A DNA stretch of 64,000 nucleotides, taken from NCBI GenBank assembly GCA_005893305.1, contig VBOZ01000029.1:169072-233071 (forward strand). The letters are read 5' to 3'. A model generated the notes under the pieces. It saw only the letters and a list, made by a program, of their open reading frames with translations, was not told the DNA's origin and did no database searches. This document shows positions 9,018 to 16,167 of the stretch, piece after piece. Origin of the DNA: Candidatus Eiseniibacteriota bacterium. Its GTDB lineage: Bacteria > Eisenbacteria > RBG-16-71-46 > SZUA-252. Positions within the stretch are counted from its first letter, which is position 1; each line of letters starts with the position of its first letter. Position numbers and translations under genes: made by a program.

Positions 9018-9917
9018 CTAGCGACCGCCACGGTCCAAATGCGTCCTCCTCTCCAGCAGCCCGTCCGGGCTGACCAATGAGCTTTCCACGACGCCGGGCT
9101 CCGCTTTCCCGAGTAACGACTCTCCGCCCGTCGGCCGGCCCGCTCCGTCCAGAAACGTGACGTAGATCCAGGAATCGCGCCCGATCGGCCCGTGCAGCAT
9201 CCGCCGCGGCAGCTGGACCTCGGTGCCGCCTGGAAACAACGACACATCGGCAGGCGTGGTCGGATCGCCCGGCCTCGGGGCCGGACCGCCGTTCTCGGTG
9301 AGGGTGAATCGCGCGACGATTCCGGTCCGGATGCAGATCTCCCCGGCCAGGGCGAGCATCGGCATGGAATAGGGATCGGATCTCTCCGGTCTCAGGATGG
9401 CTGCGTCCACGGAGATTCCCAGGGTGAGGTTTGGGGTCAGGTCGAATGGACCTTGGTCGCAACGGCCCAGGCGGGTGAGGCCCGTGACCGGGGTGCCTCC
9501 GCCGTCGAGGAACTGGATCCAAAGATCCGGAGGACGGCCCGCGACGGGGCGGTCCACGGCTCGCGGCGGGAGCGTCAGGGTCCGGTCGTGAAGGAGAGCA
9601 ATTCGCTCGCTGGTGACCTCATCGGCCGGCGTGGTGCCGCTTCCACGTTGGCGATAGGTAAGCCGGGCGCCGAAGCCTTCGGCCGTGATTGTTCCCCCCA
9701 CCGCGACGCGCACGCCCGGTCGGACGACGAGAGTTCCGGAGTTGACCTTGGGTTCAATGCGCATCGGCACCGGAATCGTGACGGGCATGAATCGCATGAT
9801 CCGAAGGGCGACGACGCCCGAATCCCGCGGGGATCGTCCTCGATGCGTCGAAAATTCATCCATGATGGAACTCCCTTTCCCGGCTGGCGGGCCTCCCCGC
9901 CTATCTTGCGTTTTCAT
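9018..9917 (-). CDS. Hypothetical protein A' (paralog of 6910-7752)
   Basis: 299-aa ORF. Its start overlaps the 3' end of the upstream sugar-transferase gene by about 17 nt, suggesting translational coupling. Confidence 0.7.
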   Translation of the reverse strand: MKTQDRRGGPPAGKGSSIMDEFSTHRGRSPRDSGVVALRIMRFMPVTIPVPMRIEPKVNSGTLVVRPGVRVAVGGTITAEGFGARLTYRQRGSGTTPADEVTSERIALLHDRTLTLPPRAVDRPVAGRPPDLWIQFLDGGGTPVTGLTRLGRCDQGPFDLTPNLTLGISVDAAILRPERSDPYSMPMLALAGEICIRTGIVARFTLTENGGPAPRPGDPTTPADVSLFPGGTEVQLPRRMLHGPIGRDSWIYVTFLDGAGRPTGGESLLGKAEPGVVESSLVSPDGLLERRTHLDRGGR

Positions 9918-10644
9918 CGTTTGCCAGCACCTGAATCGTCCTGGCCATGATCTTCAGATCGAGAAGGAAGCAGTAGTTTCGGATGTAATGGATGTCGTAG
10001 CGCAACTTCCGCCGTGCCGCCCTCGTCGACTGCGTGTAGCCGTTGCTGACCTGCGCGAGGCCGGTGATGCCGGGCTTCACGGTGCAGCGACTCGAAAAGC
10101 CCGGGATCTCCTTGTCCAGCTTGGCCAGGAAGATCGGCCGCTCGGGGCGTGGACCGACGACGCTCATCTCGCCTCGAAGCACATTCCAGAACTGGGGCAG
10201 CTCGTCGAGGTGCGTGCGACGGAGAAACGCCCCGACGCGAGTCACTCTCGCGTCGTTCGTGGCCGCCCAGACCGGCCCCGTCTCCTGCTCCGCGTTCGCG
10301 ACCATGCTCCGGAACTTGAACATCAGAAACGGACGGCCGCGGAGCCCGGCCCGTTCCTGCCTGAAGAGGACCGGTGAGCCCGATTCCAGCCAGATCGCCA
10401 CGGCGACCACGACGTAGATCGGGAGGAGCGCCACGAGGCAAGTCACCGCGATCACGAGATCGACGGCTCGCTTCGCGAGATCCCTCTCCTTCGGGTGTGC
10501 AAGCCTCCACGGCCGTCCCGCGGCAGTCACCGCTGCATTGTTTGGCTCGGTTCCCATACTCTTGGAGACGATAGGAACGGGACGCCGGGCGAGCCATTCG
10601 GTGATACCCCGATTCGCCGAGGGGAAAATTACGGAGGCGGGCAT
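9901..10644 (-). CDS. Polyprenyl-phosphate sugar phosphotransferase (initiating bacterial sugar transferase, WbaP/EpsL-type C-terminal catalytic domain)
   Basis: Contains the family's core PVLFRQERAGLRGRPFLMFKFRSM...ELPQFWNVLRGEMSVVGPRP, with one transmembrane helix upstream. Its start ATG overlaps the TPR gene stop (TGATG). Confidence 0.85.
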   Translation of the reverse strand: MPASVIFPSANRGITEWLARRPVPIVSKSMGTEPNNAAVTAAGRPWRLAHPKERDLAKRAVDLVIAVTCLVALLPIYVVVAVAIWLESGSPVLFRQERAGLRGRPFLMFKFRSMVANAEQETGPVWAATNDARVTRVGAFLRRTHLDELPQFWNVLRGEMSVVGPRPERPIFLAKLDKEIPGFSSRCTVKPGITGLAQVSNGYTQSTRAARRKLRYDIHYIRNYCFLLDLKIMARTIQVLANDENAR

Positions 10645-11372
10645 CAGCGCACCTCCGATGCGCGGAGCGCGCGCAGAAGCGTCCGCTCCAACGCGGGGTT
10701 GCCCAATCGCTGCGCGAGCGAGATGCCCAACGCGAGCGTCCGCGTGTCATCAGGCCGGAGCTCCATGGCGAGCTGAAACGCTGAGTACGCTTCGCCGAGT
10801 CGGCCGTCCTCCAGCGCCATGCCCAGGATCCCCGTCGCGATCCACTCGAAGTCGGGCAGGAGCGATCCGGTGCGCTTGAGGTCGGCCAGGGCCGCTCCGT
10901 AGTTCCGATCCAGCTCATGGGCGAGCGCGCGCAACGCATAGAGCTCGGGCGCGGCTCCCGACCGTCGGAGCGGCGGCGTCAGCGCCGCCGCGGCGCGGGC
11001 CGGATCTCCAACCAAGCAGCTCACTCGACCCACCAGCATGGCCGCCTCGGAGTTCAAGCTGTCGACGGCGAGCGCCCGCTGCCCCCAGTCCAGCGCCGCC
11101 GAGTCGTCACCGAAGTTCTCGTACAGAGAGGCGACTCGAGACAACGCGTAGCTCGAGTGGGGATCCAGCGTGACGAGGGACACGGCCCAGGCGATCGCCT
11201 TCAAGCCATCGCCTTTCGCCGCCGCCAGCTCGGAGCGGACCTGACACTCGATCGGGGTCGGAGGATCTGCCGCCGACGAGGACGCGCCGGCGGCGATGGC
11301 CGTGGCCACGAGGGCCGGCACCATGGCCGCTTTCCATCCACCGTTGAAGCTTTGTTTGCGCCCGGTATCCAT
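10644..11372 (-). CDS. Secreted tetratricopeptide-repeat (TPR) protein
   Basis: Signal peptide AAMVPALVATAIAAGASSSAAD followed by TPR-like helical repeats (A..Y...G....A......AL). Confidence 0.7.
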   Translation of the reverse strand: MDTGRKQSFNGGWKAAMVPALVATAIAAGASSSAADPPTPIECQVRSELAAAKGDGLKAIAWAVSLVTLDPHSSYALSRVASLYENFGDDSAALDWGQRALAVDSLNSEAAMLVGRVSCLVGDPARAAAALTPPLRRSGAAPELYALRALAHELDRNYGAALADLKRTGSLLPDFEWIATGILGMALEDGRLGEAYSAFQLAMELRPDDTRTLALGISLAQRLGNPALERTLLRALRASEVR

Positions 11373-11407
11373 ACGTAAGGAAGTATTGCGGCAGATGCGT
11401 CGCGCCC

Positions 11408-11447
11408 ACCATTCGGTGGACTACGGCCCGGGATAGGAAAAACTACC
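11408..11447 (-). promoter_or_regulatory. Copy (c) of the conserved intergenic element (CCATTCGGTGGACTACGGCCCGGGATAGGAAAAACTACC) between the response-regulator stop and the TPR start
   Basis: About 40-75 nt upstream of the TPR ATG. Contains a CCACC-ATTC-GGTGG hairpin. Confidence 0.5.
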
Positions 11448-11509
11448 TAGTGGGGAAGAGGGGGAGGGAGGGACGAGGCTTGAGGGCAAAAAAACGGCCG
11501 TGCGGAGGG

Positions 11510-12142
11510 CTAGGGGATGATGAGGCCCCTTCGTATCGCGTAGCGGACCAACCCGGCGGTCTCGTGGATGTCGAGCTTCTCCATGATATGAGCCCGGTGT
11601 GCCTCGACGGTCCGCGCGCTGATATCGAGCGCTACGCCGATCTCCTTGGACGACCGGCCCTCCGTGATGAGCTGCAGCACCTCGCGCTCCCGCGGGGTCA
11701 AGGGGTCGTCCGGCAAATCGACCTTGGAGATGCAGGCCTCTACGACCGCCTTGGAAATGCCGGGGCTCAGATAGACCGAGCCCTGGGCGACCTCGCGGAT
11801 GGCCTGCACTAGGTGCGCGGTCGCCTGCGTCTTGAGGAGGTACCCGCGGGCGCCGGCCCGAAGCGCCTCGATGACGTAGGGGTCCTCCGTGTGCATCGTG
11901 AGGACGATCACGCGCGTCTCGGGCGAGCACTGAAGGACGCTTCGCGTCGTCTCGAGCCCGTTCAGCTGAGGCATGCCCAGGTCCAGCACCGCGATGTCGG
12001 GCTTCAACTCCTTGGCCAGGCGGACGGCCTCGCGGCCGTCCGGAGCGGATCCGACGACCTTGAAGCCTTCCGCGTTGAGAAGTGTGGCCAGGCCGTCCCG
12101 GATCACGGCGTGGTCATCGGCCAAAAGGACGCTCTCACGCAC
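11510..12142 (-). CDS. NarL/LuxR-family response regulator (REC + HTH_LuxR)
   Basis: Receiver motifs LLADDH...D (phospho-acceptor Asp in DIAVLDLGMP) and a C-terminal LTPREREVL.L...G.S.KEIG..L.IS..TVE.H LuxR helix-turn-helix. Start overlaps the histidine-kinase stop. Confidence 0.9.
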   Translation of the reverse strand: MRESVLLADDHAVIRDGLATLLNAEGFKVVGSAPDGREAVRLAKELKPDIAVLDLGMPQLNGLETTRSVLQCSPETRVIVLTMHTEDPYVIEALRAGARGYLLKTQATAHLVQAIREVAQGSVYLSPGISKAVVEACISKVDLPDDPLTPREREVLQLITEGRSSKEIGVALDISARTVEAHRAHIMEKLDIHETAGLVRYAIRRGLIIP

Positions 12143-13073
12143 GGATCGTCTCCAGCGGGATCGTCACCAGGAGCTCCGTTCCCTTGCGCTCGCCGGATTG
12201 GATCTCCAGTGTCCCCGAGAGCGGAGCGATCCGCTCGCGAATTCCAATCAATCCCAGACCGCGGCCCCCTTGACGCGTGCCCTTGGCCGCGGGGGGAAGC
12301 CCCACCCCGTCGTCGCGGATCGAGCATCGAACCAGGCCGTCCTCGTGCAGCAGCGTGATCGTGACGCGAGAGGCCTGGGCGTGCCGGGCCGCGTTGTTCA
12401 GCGCTTCCTGGACGATCCGATAGAGCGTCGTCTCGACGACCGGCGGCAGCCGTTCCTCGGTCGAGCCCTTGACGATGACGGCAATCCCCGCGCGCCGGGA
12501 AACTCCGTCCCCCAGGAACTGGATCGCGGGGACGAGGCCCAGGTCGTCGAGGATCAGCGGGCGGAGCTCGTGCGAAATCCGGCGGAGCTGCTCCTCGATC
12601 CGATCCAGAAGGCCGCGCACGTCTTTGAGCCGCTGCCTCGACGAAGGAGCGAGGTCGCGGCCGACCTCGTGGAGGGCGAGGTGAACCGAGGCCAGAAGCT
12701 GCCCGGCGTCGTCGTGGAGCTCGCGCGCGATCCGCTGCACCTGCTCCTCGAGGATCTCATTGATCCGTCGAAGCGCCGAGTTGGCGTCGCTTACCCCGCG
12801 ATGGGCCATCTCGAACGGCGAGAACGACTCCCGCGCGAAGCCCTCCGCGGCGCGGAGGATTGCCCCGAACTTCTCGGGAATGCCCGCCTCCTGGCAGACG
12901 GCGAGGAGCGCGGCGTGCTGGAGCGCGGCCATCTCGAGCGCGCCGACTCCGGAAGCGAGCGCCTCTCGGCCCAGCTCGTACGCCGCGTTGAGGGACGCTT
13001 CGCCTCCGCCGGCGACATGCCCGCGGAGTGCGGCCGCGTACCGCGATTCGAATGCAGGCGTGCCGTTATTCAT
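12135..13073 (-). CDS. Cytoplasmic sensor histidine kinase (HisKA_3 + HATPase_c) with an RsbU_N-like N-terminal domain
   Basis: H-box ELHDDAGQLL and an ATPase region with N, G1 and G2 boxes. The N-terminal ~100 aa (AAYELGREALASGVGALEMAALQHAALLAV) resembles the RsbT-binding N-domain of RsbU. ATGA overlap with the upstream phosphatase gene. Confidence 0.8.
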   Translation of the reverse strand: MNNGTPAFESRYAAALRGHVAGGGEASLNAAYELGREALASGVGALEMAALQHAALLAVCQEAGIPEKFGAILRAAEGFARESFSPFEMAHRGVSDANSALRRINEILEEQVQRIARELHDDAGQLLASVHLALHEVGRDLAPSSRQRLKDVRGLLDRIEEQLRRISHELRPLILDDLGLVPAIQFLGDGVSRRAGIAVIVKGSTEERLPPVVETTLYRIVQEALNNAARHAQASRVTITLLHEDGLVRCSIRDDGVGLPPAAKGTRQGGRGLGLIGIRERIAPLSGTLEIQSGERKGTELLVTIPLETIRA

Positions 13074-13687
13074 CGTCCGGGCTCCGTGAAGGATGCTACC
13101 ACCACGAGCGCGTCGTCCGACTTCTTACCGTGGCGGGCCAGGATGAGGTCGGCGATGTGCTTTGGCGGCGCGCCGGGCGAGATCAGCTTCGTGAATCCGT
13201 GGGAGATTCCGTCGGTGGTGAAGACCAGGGTGTCTCCTTGCCCGATCGGCAGCACGGTGCCGCTCAGCGCCGGCAGCCGGCTCCCGACCACGCCGGCGCG
13301 ATTCACCAGCCCCTCCGACCGGGGCCGGAAGGTCGGATCCCCGCGGAAGAGGGTGCCCTCCACGTTCCCGACGCCGGACCAGGACAGGAAGCCTTCCGAC
13401 GGTCGAATCGACGCGACGCTCACGGCCGCGCCCCGCGTGCTCCGGAGCGCGTCGTGGCACATGCGCAAGAGCGAGATCGGTCGCTCCCCGGCGTGCTTCG
13501 CCAAGAGCTTCGCTGCGACCGCCACGGCGGCGCCCGCCTCGCGTCCATGGCCGGCACCATCCAGAACCGCGATCATGATTCCGTCCGCGAACGGTTGGAC
13601 GACGCAAAGATCCCCCGACTCCGCGGCGTCGTTCAGCGGGCGGTGCGCGACGGCCCACTTCATTGAGAGCGCTGTCACGGTTTCCAT
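13070..13687 (-). CDS. PP2C/SpoIIE-family serine phosphatase (RsbX-like feedback phosphatase)
   Basis: Carries the SpoIIE/PP2C signature D.GHG (VLDGAGHG...VFTTDGI). At 205 aa it has only a catalytic domain, like RsbX. Confidence 0.8.
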   Translation of the reverse strand: METVTALSMKWAVAHRPLNDAAESGDLCVVQPFADGIMIAVLDGAGHGREAGAAVAVAAKLLAKHAGERPISLLRMCHDALRSTRGAAVSVASIRPSEGFLSWSGVGNVEGTLFRGDPTFRPRSEGLVNRAGVVGSRLPALSGTVLPIGQGDTLVFTTDGISHGFTKLISPGAPPKHIADLILARHGKKSDDALVVVASFTEPGR

Positions 13688-14121
13688 TTTTTTGCCGTTA
13701 CCGTGGTGCCGACGCCAAGCTGGGAGACGATCTCCATCTCGTCCATGAGCCGCTTGACTCCGGGCAACCCCAAGCCCAATCGCCCTGCGGTGGAATATCC
13801 GTCCTGGAGGGCCTGGCGGACGTCCGCAATTCCCGCTCCTTCGTCCTTGGCCACGACGGTCAGGCCGCGCTTCCCGTTCAGCTCGATCGGGATCAGCCGG
13901 ATCTCGCCCCGCTTCGCGTACGTCACGATGTTCCGGGCGAGCTCGGAAATGGCCGTGGCGATCAGGGTCGCGTCTCCGGGCGAGAAGCCGATCCCCAAGG
14001 CGAGCTCGCGACCCTTTTGGCGAGCGGCGACGATGTCAGCTTCGGTTACGAGCGGCACGCCCTGCTCCGGCGACCCCGATGGGGCGGATGAATTGTTGTC
14101 CGAACTCGCCGATGTGCTCAT
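13675..14121 (-). CDS. RsbT/RsbW-like serine kinase (GHKL ATPase, anti-sigma regulatory factor fold)
   Basis: Contains TAISELARNIV, DEGAGI and GLGLPGVKRLMDEM. ATGA overlap with the upstream STAS gene. Confidence 0.8.
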   Translation of the reverse strand: MSTSASSDNNSSAPSGSPEQGVPLVTEADIVAARQKGRELALGIGFSPGDATLIATAISELARNIVTYAKRGEIRLIPIELNGKRGLTVVAKDEGAGIADVRQALQDGYSTAGRLGLGLPGVKRLMDEMEIVSQLGVGTTVTAKKWKP

Positions 14122-14486
14122 CGCTTCGCCGGCGGCTTGGTGTTCGCGTCGAGATAGGCAAGACCTTCCTCCAGATCGAGCGTGGTCGCGACAGCTCCGA
14201 GGGTCAGGCCCATCTGGACCATCGCCATGGCGACCTCGGGTTGGATTCCGACGATGACCGTCTTGGCGCCCCGCAGGCTGATCATCCGGGAGATATCACC
14301 CAGCACGCGGGTGCCGAAGGAGTCCATGACGTCGAGTGCCGCGACGTCCACGATGACCCCCTGGGAGCGGTGCTGGCCGACGGACTTCATCAAGACGTCG
14401 CGGAAATGGAGCAGGTCCGTGTCCGAGAGCGCCGCCTGGATCGAGGCGATCAGGTAGGCGCCCTGCTTCAGAATCGGGACTTCCAC
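14118..14486 (-). CDS. STAS-domain protein (RsbS-like anti-sigma-factor antagonist)
   Basis: 122-aa STAS fold with the conserved phosphorylatable Ser/Thr region (VDVAALDVMDSFG). Confidence 0.8.
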   Translation of the reverse strand: MEVPILKQGAYLIASIQAALSDTDLLHFRDVLMKSVGQHRSQGVIVDVAALDVMDSFGTRVLGDISRMISLRGAKTVIVGIQPEVAMAMVQMGLTLGAVATTLDLEEGLAYLDANTKPPAKR

Positions 14487-14527
14487 AGATGCGATCCTTT
14501 GATTTAGGTCGAGTGGTGCCGCGTCCC

Positions 14528-15421
14528 CTAGGCGGCTTCGGATTCCCTCATGGGAAGGACCTTGTACCCGAGGAGACGCTCGGCCTCCTCGATGCCTCCC
14601 TGAAGATCTCCCACCGTCGTCATCTTGCCGAGATCCACGCCGATGTTGACGAGGGTCTGAGCGATCTCCGGCGAGAGACCGGTCACGATGACGGTCGCGC
14701 CGAGGAGTCGCGCCGACTCGACGGTCAGAACCAGGTGATTCGCGACGTTGGCGTCCATGGCCGCGACGCCGGTGATGTCGATCACGACGACCTTGGCTCG
14801 GTTCGTCCGGATGCCCCGCAGAAGCTGCTCGGTGAGCTGGCGCGCCCGCGCCGGATCGATGAGGCCGATGATCGGAAGAATCAGCAACCGCTCGCGGACC
14901 TGCAGAACGGGCGTGGACAGCTCTCGAATGGCCTCCTGCTGCTCGCGGATGACGCGCTCCCGCTCCTGCACGAAACCGACGGCCACCGTGATCGCGATGC
15001 GGTTCGCGGCCGGCTCATAGGCGTCGAGGATGCGATTCAGCGGGGCGAAGTCGGCGTGGTACTTGGCGAACAGCGATCGCGCCAAGACGTCGCGCAGGAG
15101 AAGCACGATGCCGACGACCTCGTGCGTTTCCACTCCTCGCGGGATGATCCGTTCCGAGAGGTTTCGCGCGTAAGCTTGAAGAGCTTCAAGGGTTCCCGTC
15201 TCCAGGGCGAGGACGTAGCTATCGTAGACGGAGGTCGCTTCCGCGAAGATCTCCTCTTTCGTCATCGCGGTCAGGAGCTCGGCGACGCTGATCCGCCGTA
15301 CCCATTCCTCGCGAAGCTTCGTGCGGTTCTGTCTCAAATGTGAGACGAGCTCGCGCAGGAGCGCGGGATTCTCGTCCTGAGTCGGGGGAGCGAAGGTGAC
15401 TTTGACAGCGCTGTCCGTCAT
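14528..15421 (-). CDS. RsbR-like stressosome sensor (N-terminal non-haem globin-like sensor domain + C-terminal STAS)
   Basis: 297 aa. The C-terminal STAS region (VVVIDITGVAAMDANVANHLV...ATVIVTGLSPEIAQTL) matches RsbR-family proteins. It is the first gene of the translationally coupled Rsb-like operon. Confidence 0.75.
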   Translation of the reverse strand: MTDSAVKVTFAPPTQDENPALLRELVSHLRQNRTKLREEWVRRISVAELLTAMTKEEIFAEATSVYDSYVLALETGTLEALQAYARNLSERIIPRGVETHEVVGIVLLLRDVLARSLFAKYHADFAPLNRILDAYEPAANRIAITVAVGFVQERERVIREQQEAIRELSTPVLQVRERLLILPIIGLIDPARARQLTEQLLRGIRTNRAKVVVIDITGVAAMDANVANHLVLTVESARLLGATVIVTGLSPEIAQTLVNIGVDLGKMTTVGDLQGGIEEAERLLGYKVLPMRESEAA

Positions 15422-15690
15422 GAGATCCTCCTCCTAATGTGTTGCACGATTCAGACGCACTCATGGCGACCGGAACGCCCCACGCGCATCCGCATGTATT
15501 ATTTTAATATGAGCATCGGCCGGGCCTGCAATTAGATAATCGTAAAAACACTGATACGTGATGGGACAGTTTCGGGGCCGCGAATCGCATCTCTCGACCC
15601 ACTCCGCAGATACGCGAAAATGTAGTTGTTTGGCCTACAAGCGCGAGGCGGAGATTTGCGCGGTGACGGACATTTCACGGAGGTGACACG

Positions 15691-16116
15691 ATGATTCGCA
15701 AGGGATCCGCCGAGTGGCAGGGGAGCCTCAAGGAGGGGAAGGGGACCGTTTCGACGGAGAGCGGCGTGCTCGCGAACGCGGCCTATTCGTTCGGGACTCG
15801 ATTCGAGAACGGGAAGGGGACGAACCCGGAGGAGATGATCGCGGCGGCGCACGCCAGCTGCTTCTCGATGGCGCTCTCGGCGCAGCTCGGCGCTGCCGGG
15901 ATCACCCCGGAAACCGTGCGCACCACGGCGGCGGTCACCCTCGAGAAGGTCGAGGGTGGATTTGCGGTGACCGCTTCCCACCTCGACGTGACCGCCAAGA
16001 TCCCGGGCGCGGATCGCGCGGCCTTCGAGAAGGCGGCCAACGAGGCGAAGACGGGCTGTCCGATCTCGAAGCTTCTCAACGCCAAGATTACGATGGACGC
16101 GAAGCTCGTGGCGTAG
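15691..16116 (+). CDS. OsmC/Ohr-family peroxiredoxin
   Basis: 141 aa with OsmC motifs (AAAHASCFSMAL ... TGCPISK) and the two conserved Cys. Confidence 0.85.
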   Translation: MIRKGSAEWQGSLKEGKGTVSTESGVLANAAYSFGTRFENGKGTNPEEMIAAAHASCFSMALSAQLGAAGITPETVRTTAAVTLEKVEGGFAVTASHLDVTAKIPGADRAAFEKAANEAKTGCPISKLLNAKITMDAKLVA

Positions 16117-16167
16117 GACTGTGATGGCGGCCTGCACGGATCGACCGACGGGAGCCAGAGGACGTCG

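Noticed and set aside
6136-9917. Calling A/A' and B/B' bona fide PilZ (c-di-GMP-binding) proteins
   Set aside because: Only degenerate motif resemblance; the canonical D/NxSxGG is absent (TLTLEGA, VTVGGT). Kept only as a hypothesis in the findings.
11373-11509. Intrinsic terminator after the LuxR response-regulator gene (T-run GTAGTTTTTC / CGGCCG)
   Set aside because: There is no convincing GC-rich stem directly preceding the T-tract. The T-run is part of the conserved repeated element, not a terminator.
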